Positions 15,934 to 32,346 of a stretch of 64,000 nt of DNA are shown here, one piece after another. The DNA comes from the human T2T-CHM13v2.0 reference genome, Homo sapiens. The DNA is taken from NCBI RefSeq assembly GCF_009914755.1, contig NC_060940.1. The stretch is one strand, 5' to 3'. Below the pieces are notes generated by a model that saw only the letters and a program-made list of their open reading frames with translations, searched no databases and had not been told where the DNA came from. A program made the position numbers and the translations under genes. Positions within the stretch are counted from its first letter, which is position 1, and each line of letters starts with the position of its first letter.

Positions 15934-17236
15934 AGCTCTACATTTTGAGTGAGGAGACAGACAGAAAAATGAAATAATTACAGAATGTGATCAACAAACA
16001 GGCTGGCATGAAGGAGGGTATCTTGGTGTGTGGGTGGGTGATGGGGTCACTTCAGATCTGGTGCTTGGGAGGATCTTTCCAAGGAGGAGGTGCTGCTTCA
16101 GCTGGGACCTGAAAGATGAGCACCTGGGTGATGAAGGCACTGTTTATTGAGATAAGAAAGCTTGGAGGAGAAACAGATTTGGGGAAGGAAACCAGGAATC
16201 CCCCTGGTTTCCTGTAAAGATAGGACATATATGCAAACACAGAAAAACAACAACTCCAGGCCCAGTGAGAATCCCTGGGGCTGCTGGAGAGGCTGAGCTG
16301 GAGCGGATGGCTGTGAGCTGACACCCAGGGCCTGCCTCTCGGAAGCCAGGACATGTGTGGACTGCGCCCTCCCTGGAGGTTACACGGAGTGCTGGCGCAG
16401 CACGCTGGCTCCGGGCCCTCCCGCTTGCTCTCAGGGCTCCTTCCAGCGTTTACTGGGACATTTGCCATGTCCTAGGTCCTTCTCTTACAAAGGCAAGAAG
16501 GGCCAGGCGAAGGGAGTGTTCGCCGAAAACCAAACGTGACACAACCTTAAATATAGGCAGGTGCTCTGATCTGATAGCACGGGTGGCCCCAGGGAGAAAC
16601 ATGGACTTGCCAACCATGAAGGGTCCAAAAATCTACTTAGAAAAACACTGAGGCCCATGATTAATACTGAGGTGCCCGGAGCACCAAGAGAGAAAAGCAG
16701 GCCCAACATCCTGGCTGGAGCAAAGTCAAGAGAGAAGGAGAGAAGGCAGCAGCCAGCACATGGCTCCTCCTGCGATGGGTCATCGCAGCATCTCTGTCCC
16801 GGCATCAGCCAGGGCCCACCTTCGGGTGCTTCCAGCCCACTCGACTCGGCACATCGCTGTATTTTCTTCCATCGAGATCTCTCCCCACTGGCTCTTTGCC
16901 CAGCCAGTTGCCCACAGACTGGAAAACAAAAGCTCACTGCCTTCCCTGGGGACCTGGGCTTAAGGGATGGGCCTTGGGCAGGCTGGGCGGATGCTCTGTT
17001 GATTTTTTTTTCCAAGTGCAGAGAATGTGACAGCCAATTCCTGTTGGAAGTGGCTTTTGTTTTCTTTGGAGCATGAAGCACTTTTCCTTTCTCTTGATTG
17101 TTTCAGTTCAGGTCATGTTTAGGATGGAGATGATTTGCTAGCCTAATTGCATGCCTTCCAGAACTGTGGTTCTTAACCTTTTGGGACACAGATCCTATTG
17201 CAAACCTGATAAAAAACTACAGACCAGTTCTCTAAA

Positions 17237-17301
17237 ACACACACACACACACACACACACTCTCACACACACACACTCACACACACACACACACTCACAC
17301 A
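17237..17301. repeat. Interrupted (CA)n microsatellite
   Basis: Read directly. Confidence 0.95.
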
Positions 17302-17362
17302 TGTAAATGCCCCAAATTAAATTTTTATTTGTTAAATTTTATTTAAACTTTAAAAAATTTTA

Positions 17363-17797
<435 letters not shown>

Positions 17798-18371
17798 CCA
17801 GATTAAACATTTAATATCAACCCTAGTAGATTCAGATCCCTTGGGTTAAGGCAGTAAGTCCTTCCCACCTCTCTTCATCACTCCTAATCCCCACCCTCAC
17901 AACAGCTTTCTGTTCAGTCTGGATCTTAAAATTCCTCTTCTTTAGCACTCTGCAGGGGCCGGCATTTCTCGCCTGGCTCCTGCCTGAATTAATCCCATGT
18001 GTTCAACCCGCTGAGGAGCACAAGCTCTTGCTAGCTCTGGCCGCCTCTGGTTGAAGGGTCCAATCCAGTGGCATGCCTATTTTTCAGTAGAATGCTCCAG
18101 TAAGATTTGTAAAATCTTTGTCTTATCCATGCCTCTTTCTGATGGAGGGGCCAGGCAGTGCGAGTCTTGGCAGATTGAAGAAGAGGTGGCACAGCTTTGG
18201 ATGAGACTCTAGGGAGACAGGCGTTGTCTGGTTTTCCAGAAGCAACTCACTTTGCCAAAAATACCAAAAATAAAATGACTGTCTAGACACTTACATGTTA
18301 GACGCTCTCATACGAAGACAGACTTGATCCTGAAGGTCATTGACTTAGACATCAATGACGAGTCAAAGGGG

Positions 18372-19320
<949 letters not shown>

Positions 19321-19581
19321 ACACACCTGGTGCAGACAATTTTCTTTGAAACATAATGTGTTGCAAATGCACAGTGGTTAAGGCCCCATAGAAACTGTAG
19401 CTTAATGCTTTTTAGCAGCACCAAAGTTAGGGTCTCTTCTCAGGTCAAAGTCTCCTATTCCTGCCCTTCCAGAAAAACAAAAATGATTAAAATCCTCCTT
19501 AAGAGACAGTGGCTTGGCTGATCTTGTCCCTGCAGAAAGTTAATCTCCTTGGCAGGCAGGAGGAGGAAAGAAGAGCTGATA

Positions 19582-19785
19582 TGTATTAAGTGCCAACTGC
19601 ATACCTCAATTTCATCTGATCTCACAGTAACCCTACAAAGTTCAAGTTATTAGCCTCATTTATTTATTTTTTCTTTCTTTTTTTGAGATGAGGAAACTGA
19701 AGTTCAGAGAGGTTAGGTAAATCGCCCAAGGTCACATAGCTAACAAGTGACAACTGGGATCCAAACCCACATCTGTCTGACTCTT
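19582..19785 (-). mobile_element. MIR
   Basis: gatgaggaaactgaagttcagagaggttaggtaaatcgcccaaggtcacatagc (MIR core). Confidence 0.85.
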
Positions 19786-19919
19786 TCCACATCATCCCTG
19801 GCTGGTGGGACCAATTCAGCATATTGAGGAGACCTTAATAATCTCTAGGCTCTGGGGATTTTAGCTACTCCTTGGTTTGGGGGTCCACTGACTTTTTCAG
19901 GCCATGCGGGTGGAAAAAA

Positions 19920-20320
19920 AGGCTGAGGGGCACAGGGGAACTTTTTGGAATGACAGGTTTCATATTTTGATTGGGGTGGTGGTGGCATGGGTATATGTTT
20001 TAACAACCATTGAACTCTACATTTAAGTGGGTGCATTTTATTGCATATAAATTCGATCTCAATACATGTAAAGCCCTCTAAATTTTTTATCGAGATACAA
20101 TTCACATTCCATAAAATTCACCCTTTTAAAGTTTACAATTCAGTGGTTTTTAGTGTATTCACAGAGATACCATCTAATTCCACTGATTCCAGGATATTTT
20201 CATCACTTCGAAAAGAAACTCCGTGCCGTACCCATTAACAGTCACTCCTCATTCCCCAGTTCCCCAGCCCTGGCCCCTGACAATCACTGATCTCTTTCTG
20301 TCTCTAATGATTTCTATATT
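19920..20320. mobile_element. Two old L1M 3' ends, tail-to-tail (+ then -)
   Basis: ggggaactttttggaatga...tgcattttattgcatataaatt, then gagatacaattcacattccataaaattcacccttttaaag. Confidence 0.7.
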
Positions 20321-20766
20321 CTGGTCCAGTGGGCCCAGGAGCACAAACGTTGAAGCTCAACCAGTTACTTGGCTTCCCAGTGAGGGGACAGGCCCACTAC
20401 CTTCCTGAACAAAATTCTGAACTGGAGGGTCTCCATTTGGTCCAGGTGCTGGGTGGTGAATTTCAAGAGCATCAGAGAGACATCTGAAGGTGACTCAGCC
20501 CCTGTGTCCCTGCCTCCCTCCCCTGCCCACCCCAGCCCATGCAGGCTCTGGAAGTGCACCTTGCTCACTCTGCTCCCCTGCCTGTGGAAGGCATGAGCAA
20601 TGATGCACCCAGCGAAGGAGTGGGGAGTGGACCTCTAAGGTCAATGTGGCAAACCCATCACAGAAAAGCAGGGGAGTTAAGGATGGTTTAGGAATGCATC
20701 CAGCAAGGTCGGGGCTGGAAGAGAGTTTGGAGGGCAAAGGAGAGGAGTAAGTAAAAGTGCTGTTAT

Positions 20767-20912
20767 GCCAGGTGCCGTGGCTCGTGCCTGTAATCCTAGC
20801 ACTTAAGGAGGCCAGGGAGGGAGGATTGCTTGAGCCCACGAGTGTGAAACTAGCTTGAACAACATAGGGAGACCCCATTCTCCACAAAAAGGAAAAAACA
20901 AAAACAACAATA
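20767..20912 (+). mobile_element. Alu monomer (FLAM-like)
   Basis: Single left arm with A tail. Confidence 0.85.
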
Positions 20913-21608
20913 ATTTGTTATTACTGGCTGCTGGAGAAGGAGAGAGGAACCTGTAGGTGACTCCTTCTGACACCCAGTACTCTGCCAGCGTGCCTTTCTC
21001 ATGTCACCCCCACGCCTTGGAAAGGTGCAAGCAAGGAGATACCGGAGGCAGGAGGAGGGCCAGGAGGAACAGCCCCTGCCAGGTCAGGGAGGCAACCCCG
21101 CCCCCACACCTGGCTGGCAACATGGGTGGATCGACTAGACCCACTGACGCCAGCTCTGCCGGCACCTGGAAACAGCCTGACACAGGGGTTTCAAAAGAGA
21201 CGTGGAGGTGGCGTCAAGGACCGCCTGCAGTGTGAGAGAAAAAGGCCCTCCTTGTCCAGCCTTCATCAACAGGAACGGAGGCAGGACTCTGGTGATGTCT
21301 AAAGAAAGAACAAATGCACACAGACATGGTCAAATGTCTAAGAGATGGTGTTATTGGCAAAAACCACAAGGCCCAGCACAGATATCTACGATCCTGCTTA
21401 CATCATAAAGTTATTATGTGTGATTGTTCCTAACAGACCAAGTCTGGAAGGGTTCTCGAAAGCCTGTCAATAATAACCTTTAGGGAAAGGAATGTCACTG
21501 TCTACCTTTCATTTTTATTTTTTTATTAAGAAAAAAAACTGCTAAAAACAACTGTTAAAATTAAATTAACAACTGTATGCTATTTATGTAATTTAAAATA
21601 TATGATAT

Positions 21609-21919
<311 letters not shown>

Positions 21920-22097
21920 TCAAATTTTATTTTTAATCTCTTTTTAAATAGGCAATACATTCACATGCAAAGTCTCCCTCCCATTCTTGTCTTCTTCTGC
22001 CTAGATATTCATTCCCCCTGCCGGAGGTAACTGATTTACTAATTACTGACGTATCCTTCTGGAATTTCTTTATGTAAATGTAAGTAAATTTGTGTAG

Positions 22098-22405
<308 letters not shown>

Positions 22406-22556
22406 AGAGAGTCTTACATCTCTATTGTGCTGTATCTCTAGGAAGAAAATTAGAATTCAAACCCTATGGCCAGACATAAGGGCTCTGAAGAATTAAACAT
22501 ATCTACAGGTGGCTAGTGGGTATAAAGTACAACCTTTGTGAGGAGGGCTTTTAAAC

Positions 22557-22686
22557 ATTATATATATTATATATATATATATATAATATATATATTATAT
22601 ATATATATATAATATATATATTATATATATATACACACACACATATATATACATATATATATATACACATACACACACATATATAT
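22557..22686. repeat. (TA)n-rich compound microsatellite
   Basis: Repeating tattatatatatatatataatatata units, then TA/CA. Confidence 0.95.
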
Positions 22687-22802
22687 TTTTATTGATAAAT
22701 ACTCATTATAAAGGAGTCAAGAAATGCCATATAAAGAAAATCACTCCAGATCTCTCCACCTCAAACTAATGATGATTAACATCAACTGAACATTATTCTG
22801 GA

Positions 22803-22945
22803 CAAGTGTTGTCGGACAGAACTTTCTGTGGTGATGGAAACGTTTTCTGTGCTGTCAATTGTAGTAACTACTAGCTACGTATGTTTATTGAGCACTTGCA
22901 ATGTGGCTAGTGAAACTGAAGAGCTGAATTTTTTATTTTTATTTT
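22803..22945. mobile_element. MER3 (hAT-Charlie) fragment
   Basis: agaactttctgtggtgatggaaacg...ttgagcacttgcaatgtggctagtg. Confidence 0.8.
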
Positions 22946-22956
22946 TAGTTTATGTA

Positions 22957-23218
22957 TTTATTTTTATTTATTTATTTTTTTGAGACAGAGTTTCACTCTT
23001 GTTGCCCAGACTGGAGTGCAGTGGCGCAATCTTGGCTCTTTGCCACCTCCACCTCCTGGGTTCAAGAGATTCTCCTGTCTCAGCCTCCTGAGGAGCTGGG
23101 ATTACAGGCGTCCACCAACACCCCCGGCTAATTTTTGTATTTTTAGCAGAGATGGGATTTCGCCATGTTGGCCAGGTTGGTTTCGAACTCCTGACCTCAG
23201 GTGATCTCCCTGCCTTGG
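22957..23218 (-). mobile_element. AluS lacking its 5' ~35 nt
   Basis: Ends at tgccttgg, where the next Alu tail begins. Confidence 0.92.
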
Positions 23219-23219
23219 T

Positions 23220-23524
<305 letters not shown>

Positions 23525-23668
23525 CAGTTTAGGCCTTTTCTATGTGTATGTATGAGTGGAAGGATGTAAAGAAAGCTGGAGACAACATTTTGGCATTGCC
23601 TCCCAAAAGCTTCACAGGTGTGATTACTAATTAACCTAGGAGATTTAGGAATTATCCTAAGGAAATGC

Positions 23669-23960
23669 AGCCAGGCACGATGGCTCACATCTTTAACTCC
23701 AGTGATCTGGGAGGCCAAGGCGGGCGGATAGCTTGAGGCCAGGAGTTTGAGACTAGCCTGGTCAACACAGACCCTGTCTCTACAAAAAACACAAAAATTA
23801 GCCAGGCGTGATGGTGCGTGCCTGTAATCCCAGCTACTCAGGGGGCTGAGGTGAGAGGATTGCTTGAGCCCAGGAGTTTGAGGCTACAGTGAGCTATGAC
23901 TGCACCACTGCACTCCAGCCTGAGTGACAGAGCAAGACCCTGTCTCTAAAGGAAAAAAGA
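23669..23960 (+). mobile_element. AluJ-type
   Basis: gagtttgaggctacagtgagctatga. Confidence 0.93.
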
Positions 23961-24090
23961 AATGGTTATGACTTTGCTCAAAATTGAGCTCTGAAAGTAT
24001 TTATTAACACAAAAAACTGGAACGTTGTAGGAAAATATTTACCAATGTGGGAATGCGTTCATACTGTCTATTAAGTGAAAGGCAGGTTAC

Positions 24091-24386
24091 AGCCAGCTCA
24101 CGCCTGTAATCCCAACACTTCGGGAGGCCTAGGTAGAAGGATCGCTTGAGCTCAGGAGTTTAAGACGAGCCTAGGCAATATGATGAGACCCTGTCGCTAC
24201 AAAAATATAAAAAATTATCCAGGCATAGTGGCGAGCACCTGTGGTCCCAGCTACTCAGGAGGCCGAAGTGGGAGGATCACTTGAGCCTGGGGAGGCAGAA
24301 ATTGTAGTAACCCATGATTGCACGATAGCATCCCAGCCTGGGGGACATAGCAAGGCCCTGTCTCAAAAATAAAAAATAAAAAAATA
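24091..24386 (+). mobile_element. AluJ-type
   Basis: TSD aagtgaaagg(c/a)aggttaca. Confidence 0.93.
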
Positions 24387-24532
24387 AGTGAAAGGAAGGT
24401 TACAAAGCAGGATGCTTTCACTAAAATATAAATAGCCTAGAAAGATCTATTTCAAGCTGCTCAGTCCATGGTGAGCACTCAGTAAATATCAGTTAAATGA
24501 TTGAGTGACTATTAATAAGAATTAGCACCGGG

Positions 24533-24839
<307 letters not shown>

Positions 24840-25200
24840 TTAGCGTCGGGTGGTGAAATTACAAGTGATTTTATATTTTCTTCTGCACCCTTATTTATAT
24901 TTTCTAACTTTCTATGGTGAACACATATACTTCTGTAATAAGAAAAAACATGTAGGAAGAAAAGTATAGTTGTTGTGTCGTAATATTTCAGAGCTGGAAG
25001 GAGCTTTAGAGACAAAGACACGCTTGGCTAGTGAGAGGCCAAAACCTAGTTTCCGACAACACACAAACATCTTTCAGAGCCAAGGAGAAAATACTGCGTG
25101 ATTGTCTTCTGGCCAGGACAAACTCTCGCAGTGTGGCAATTCAGGAGTGGATTTCAAGAGGGAAAAACAAAGGGTATTAATGCTCCTCAACAAGATATAA

Positions 25201-25653
<453 letters not shown>

Positions 25654-25817
25654 AGAAGTCTTCGTCTCTTGCAGGAAGAAGCCTACTACTGGTTGTCCCC
25701 ACATATTGGCTCTTCTTCAAAGCCTGTCCTTTCTGCAAAATTCTTAATCACTGTCTACCTCAGATGTCCTTTCTGTTTTTTCAGCATTTACCACTGGCTT
25801 ACATGCTCAAGTTTGTA

Positions 25818-25982
25818 TTTTATTTTTATTTTTATTTTTTGAGGCAGGGTCTTGCTTTGTTGCCCAGGCTGGAGTGCAGTGGTGCAATTAGGACTCACTG
25901 CAGCCTCTTGGGCTCAAGTGATCCTCCTGCCTCGGCCTCCCAAAGCACTGAGATTACAGGTGTGAGCCACAATCCCTGGCCC
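25818..25982 (-). mobile_element. Monomer-length Alu
   Basis: Right-arm 3' part fused to left-arm 5' part. Confidence 0.85.
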
Positions 25983-26219
25983 ATGCTCAACTTTGGAAAT
26001 TGCTGTACTCTAGTCTATGAAACGCTTATTGACCTAACAGCTCTTAGTTCTGTGACTCAGTTAGTCTCATCAAACATTTTGGTTTTTTATTATTTTATAT
26101 TTTTTCCTGGGGGCGTAGACTCAAGTGCCCTGAATATACACTCCCTCAAAAAAGTTTTGAGTGAGGACAAGGTGCTAAGCACCAGTATTTAGGCTGGGCA
26201 GAATATCTACTGGTATTTA

Positions 26220-26382
26220 GGCTGGGTATGAGGGCTCGTGCCTATAATCCTAGTACTTTGGAAGGCCGAGGCAGGAGGATTGCTTGAGCCCAGGAGTTGG
26301 AGTCTGCAGTAAGCTATGACTGTGCCACTGTACTCCAGCCTGGTGACAGAGAGAGAGCCTATTTCTAAAAAAAAAAAAAAAA
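26220..26382 (+). mobile_element. Monomer-length Alu (FRAM-like)
   Basis: Single arm with poly(A). Confidence 0.85.
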
Positions 26383-26920
26383 TTTAAGATATTTATCCAA
26401 GAAAAAGTATATGTCCACAAAAAGACTTTCATGAAATGTGTTATCTGTTTATATCATAGCCAGGGTCCCAGCAGGTAATTCGAGAAGAGTTTAATAAAGG
26501 GACTGTGCATAAGGGTGTATTTGGTTTAGAGAAACCACCAAAGCTGCAACTTCCTTCCAAAGAGAAACATACTATGGAAAAGGGTCAGGGTAGGGGCGGG
26601 CAGAAAGAGTAACTTTAAAGGGGAAACCTGACTCGACCTCAGCCAGGCCATCAAGGTCAACATTAAGGTCACAGATCATGTGGATTTTATGTACCCTTGA
26701 TATGAAGGGATGAAATGGCAATTGACCTCTGTGGTCTTCCTCCCCCAAACTCTATGCTCAGTCTAATAGTGAGAAAAAATCAGACCAATTCAAAAAGAGG
26801 GGCCTACGATGTACCTGAGCAGTACTCCTCAAACCTGTCAAGGTGGTTGTGCAGCAGAGGACACAATTAATAACGTGAAAAGGCAACCTTTGGAATGTGA
26901 GAAAATATTTGCAAATCATA

Positions 26921-27547
26921 CAGTCATGACAATACAAAAAAAGTTTCAGTTCATGACAGAATAAACAACGGTGGTCCCGTGACATTACAATGGAACACAA
27001 ATTGAAACCATCTGATATATGGGCCGGGTGTGGTGGCTCACGCCTGTAATCCCAACACTTTAGGAGGTTGAGGCATGTGGATCACCTGAGGCCTGGAGTT
27101 CGAGACCAGCCTGGACAACATGGTGAAACCCTGTCTCTACTAAAAATACAAAAAAAATTAGGCGTGGTGGTGGGCACCTGTAATCCCAGATACTCAGGAG
27201 GCTGAGGCAGGAGAATCACTTGAACCTGGAGGCGAAGGTTGCAGTGAGCCGAGATTGCACGACTGCACTCCAGCCTGGGCGACAAGAGCAAAACTCCATC
27301 TCAAAAAAAAAAAGAAAAGAAACCTGATATATGGTACTTGATATTGGCATTGCAGGTCCAGTAAGGGAAAGGACTGATATTCAGTACTGGTGCTGGGATA
27401 CCTGGTTTTGCATAATATATATGTAAATAAAAATATATATGCCATCTAGGTTTGTGTAAGTACACTCTGTGATGTTTGCACAACGACAAAATTGCATAAG
27501 GACTCATTTCTCAGAACATATCCCCATCATTAAGTGACATATGACTG
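26921..27547. mobile_element. Tigger3/MER7-type Tc1-mariner MITE
   Basis: CAGTCAT...ATGACTG termini at a TA site; gccatctaggtttgtgtaagtacactc...tttctcagaacatatcccc. Confidence 0.85.
27022..27321 (+). mobile_element. AluS
   Basis: TSD ctgatatatgg. Confidence 0.95.
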
Positions 27548-28562
27548 TGTCTGATAAGGGGTGCATATCTAGAATATGTAAGGATCTCCTACAACTCAGT
27601 ATCAAAAATTAAACAACCTGATTAAAAAACAGGCAAAGGACTTGAGTAGACATTCCCCCAATGAAGATAGAAAGATATGCAAACGGCCGGTAAGCGCATG
27701 TATGAAAAGATGCTCATCGCCCCAGTCACTGGGAAAATGCAAATCAAAACCACAAGATGCCACGTTGTACCCATTAAGATGGCTGCCATCAAAAAACCCC
27801 AGAAAACTGCAAGTGTTGATGAGAGTGTGGAGAAATTGGAACCCTTGTGCACCGTTGGTGGGAACGTTAAATGGCGCAGCTACTATGGAAAACGGTATGA
27901 TGATTCCTCAAAAAATTAAAAATAGAAATACAATATGGTCCAGCAATCCCACCTCTGAGTATACACCCCAAAGAATTGAAATCAGGGTCTCAAAGAGATG
28001 TTGGTACAACCATGTCCACAGCAGCACTATTCACAATGGCCAAAAGGTAGATGTCACCCAGGTGTCCATCCACAAATGAACAGATAAACAAAATGTGGTA
28101 TATATCCATTCAGTGAAATGTTATTCAGCCTTAAAAAGGAAAGAAATTCTGATACATGCCATGACATGGATGAAATTTGAAGATGTTATGTAAGGTAAAA
28201 TAACCTGGTCACAAAAAGACAAATATTATATAATTTCACTTATACAAGGTATCTAAAGTAGTCAAATGCATAGAAACATAAAGTAGAATGGTGGTGACCA
28301 GGAGTTTAGGGGAGGGGTAATGGGAAGTTGCTGTTTAATGGGTATAGAGTTTCTATTTTGCAAGATGCAAAAATTCTGGAGATCTGACTCACAACGATGT
28401 AAATATACTTAACACAACTGAACTGTGCACTTAAAAGTGGTTAAGATAATTTTTATGTTACATATATTTTACGACAATTTAAAACATTGTTAAGGTCATC
28501 GAAAACAAGGAAAGTGTGATAAATTGTCACATCCAAGAGGAGCCTAAAGAGGTGTGACAATG

Positions 28563-28849
<287 letters not shown>

Positions 28850-29127
28850 CTATAGTATCCTGATGGGACCTGGAACACAAACAGGGCATTAGGTAAACTA
28901 AGGCAATGTGAATAAAGTAGGGACTTAAGTTAATAATGATATATCAATATTGGTACATTAATTATAACAAATGTATCCTATTAATAGATGATGTTAATAA
29001 TAGTAGAAACTGGAAATGGGTTATATGGAAACTCTGTATTACCTTCATAATTTTTCTGTAAATCTAAAAGGTCCTACAAAAGAAGGTCTATTTAAAAAGA
29101 ATAGCTTAGGTCTTCCCCTCAAGGAAT

Positions 29128-29345
29128 GTAGTGGCTGGGGGCATGAACTGGGAGTCTCCTGAGTTCAAACCCTGGCTCCACCACCACCCGGTTGTGGGCC
29201 CTTCAGGGAGTGAAGTCACCTCCCGATGGGTCAGTTTCTTCATCTGGAAACTGAGGAGAATCCTAGGATCTACCTCATGGGGGCGCTGTGAGGACTGACT
29301 GCAAAGTGCCCAGCACCACTCCTGGCTGGTAGTAGATGCTGCTAT
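29128..29345 (+). mobile_element. MIR
   Basis: cctgagttcaaaccctggctcc...tcagtttcttcatctggaaa. Confidence 0.75.
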
Positions 29346-29374
29346 TCCTGCAAGTTAGAAATAAAAGCAACAAT

Positions 29375-29600
29375 AGAATAGTTGAGAGTGTGCATTTTGG
29401 AGTAAGGCAGTCTGGATTTAAACTGTGGTTCTTTCAGTGACTATAAAATCTTGGACAAGTTGCTGGGCCTGAACCTCAGTTTACTTAGCTATAAAATGGG
29501 ATGCATGAGGCCTCCCCCAAAGGTGGTTGGAAGGACTGAATGAGCTCAAGCCGCAAAGCCCCAGCATAATGTGTATGCATGGGAAGCCGTTGATCAGTGG
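29375..29600 (+). mobile_element. MIR
   Basis: ttggacaagttgct...cctcagtttacttagctataaaatggg. Confidence 0.65.
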
Positions 29601-29663
29601 GAAATGTCCAAGGAAAGGAGACAGGCAGGAAGAGTTGGGGAACAGCAAATAAAACTGCCTGGC

Positions 29664-30000
<337 letters not shown>

Positions 30001-30571
30001 TCACAGAGAGGGGCTTGTCCTGGTTTTTGCACTGAGGGTGCTGATAGGCCGACTTCACAGTCCTCCAGGGACCTGTGTGACCTCCTCCTGGGTCCCAAGT
30101 TCCTCCCAGGTCCCCAGCATTGGAACATAGCCTCCATCTGCTGCTCAGCCACTGTTCTGTCTGAACTGTGTTTAGGCCCTTATCTCAGCCAGCTTTGCAC
30201 TGCTTGGCTGCCTGTCACATTCAATTCCGTGCCAGGGCATTCATCCTGCCCTGGTCGTGTGTGTCCCCAAATGCAAGGTTCTGGGACACGGGGCCTGGTC
30301 TTGATCGTCTTCGGTTCCCACAATCCCGAGCACGGTGTCTGGAACACAGCAGTGTCTCAGTACATGGCGGCTGAAGAGAATAAAATTAGTGAGAAACTCA
30401 CTTCCAGCCCTTGCTGTAGTTGGATTCTGAGGCACTGAGAAACACCCACACACTTTCCCCTTTAAAAATACCTTCTCTCTCTGGACTCTCTTTAGCCCCA
30501 AATTCTATGATTAGAGCTTCATTTCTTTGGCTTGAGCCAAATCTGGACCCTGTACCTGATAAAAATGCAAC

Positions 30572-31055
30572 ATCCTATATCGGTCAGATTCCAGTGGGAT
30601 ACAGAAGGCACACTCAAAAACTCAACCGGGTTTAAATGGGTGGGGGGAAGAAAAAATAATAAAAATTAGTAAAAGAACTATTTACAGCAAGATGGATGGG
30701 ACTAAAGGAATCTGCAGAGACAGTGAGGCATCCCTGGCCTTGCAACAGCAGGAAGCTCTTAGCACCCAGGGGCAGAAGAGTTCAAGGGCACCCGGGAGAG
30801 CTGCACTATGGAGGAGCCGCCTTGAGGGGGATGGAGGCTGTGGAGATGTATCCACTGCCCCCTGATCCAGGCTGAAGCAGGTGGGAAATATCTCAATGGT
30901 GGTCTCCTCTTGACCTCCGATCTCCTGGCAGAGCTCCCTATTGGCAGAACCCAACAGGAAGCCAGAGGGTGAGGAGGTCCCCAAAGGTCAGCTTCCCAGG
31001 GTCAGAGAAGAGCAGAAAAATAGATCTGGGGTTGGGAGAGGGGAGCAAACCCCGA
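30572..31055 (-). mobile_element. LTR33-like ERVL LTR
   Basis: acagaaggcacactcaaa, aaagaactatttaca, cctattggcagaacccaacaggaagccagaggg. Confidence 0.5.
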
Positions 31056-31131
31056 ATAACAAGGCTTCAGAGGTGACATAATTCTGTCTTATCAATCATT
31101 TACAATTCAGTGCAAATAAAAACATCAGATC

Positions 31132-31514
31132 TGATATGGTTTGGCTGTGTCCCCACCCGAATCTCATCTCGAATTGTAGCTCCCACAATTCCCACCTGTC
31201 ATGGGGAGGGACCTGGTGGGAGGTAATTGAATCATGGGGGTGGGTCTTTCTTGTGCTGTTCTTTCCCTTGCAGTTCTGGTGAATAAGCCTCACAAGATCT
31301 AATGGTTATATAAAGGGTTTCCCCTTTCGCTTGGTTGTCATTCTCTCTTTTGCCTGCTGCCATGTAAGACGCCCCTTTGCTCTTCCTTCATGTTCCGCCA
31401 TGATTGTGAGGCCTCCCCAGCCATGTGGAACTGTGAGTCAATTAAACTTATTTCCTTTATAATTATCCAGTCCTGGGTATGGCTTTGTCAGCAGTGTGAG
31501 AACAGACTAATACA
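31132..31514 (+). mobile_element. THE1 (ERVL-MaLR) solo LTR
   Basis: tgatatggtttggctgtgtccccaccc...gaacagactaataca; gatc on both flanks. Confidence 0.95.
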
Positions 31515-32175
31515 GATCCTGTAAGGAAGAGACGCAAAGGAGATTGGGGACCAGGGTCCTGACTAGTTACGATGAACAGAGCGTCACTGACTGGGGAAAA
31601 GATGCCTCCCTCCTCCACCTCCCCCAAAATAAAGACAAACCTTGCCTGTTTCCAGTGGTGGCTGTAGAATTTCCTTATGGGGAAGATCTGAGGGTGGCAT
31701 CTGGATGACAGGGAAGCCACCATTGCATAGCAAACCTGGGGTGTCACATATATCTGAGTAGCATGGGTGGAGGGTGTTGATGAGGATTAATGGAACCACT
31801 AAGTCTCTTCCCCACCTCAGCCATCTCTTCCCCTCCTCCTCCCACCAGCCCCAGCTCCTAAACAAAGCTTTCTCATTGCAAGACTTCTTGGAGCTAAAGT
31901 GAGCTGTGATTCTGAGTCCTGGGAGATGTCCCTGACCACAGGAGCCCCCTCACCAAACCTCCCGGAGTTAGGAGCAGTGGAGACACTTTGTGGGAACAGC
32001 AGGCATGAGGCCAATTGTCTTCAAACCTGGTCCTGGGAAGGAGGAGGAAAAACAGGAGCGGTGGCTGGCTGAGGCTGCGTGAGTGGCTTCCGGAAGATGA
32101 GGCAGAGGGAGGGAGGGATTCCTAGTGTGGAATGAGCCCCTATTGTGGGTGGAGATGGGTCGGGATTATCTAGGG

Positions 32176-32346
32176 TATCGCTACTCAAAGTGGGGTCCAG
32201 CGACCGGGAATATTGGCATCCCCAGCAAGCTCACTGGAAATGAAGACTGTCAGGCCCTCACCCCCGCATCGCCTGAATCAGGATTTGCAGTTCTTTGCAA
32301 GCTCCTCATGAGCTTCTTATGCACGTTAGAGTTTGAGAAGCACCTG
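32176..32346. mobile_element. MER5-family hAT MITE
   Basis: ctactcaaagtggggtcc...tgaatcagga...tatgcacgttagagtttgagaagcac. Confidence 0.75.

Larger units (their letters stand above)
26850..28482 (+). mobile_element. 5'-truncated L1MA/MB, interrupted by Tigger3
   Basis: ORF2 C-terminal remnants (MQIKTTR, KLEPLCTVGGNVKW) plus 3' UTR; degenerate TSD aaacctgtcaaggt/aaacattgttaaggt. Confidence 0.85.

Noticed and set aside
16485-17081. 198-aa minus-strand ORF and overlapping ORFs
   Set aside because: No recognisable domain, a non-ATG start, and ORFs in several frames, as expected for GC-rich non-coding DNA.
26185-26226. 14-bp direct repeat gtatttaggctggg (also ctgttatctaat x2 near 36095-36126)
   Set aside because: Isolated micro-duplications with no further structure.
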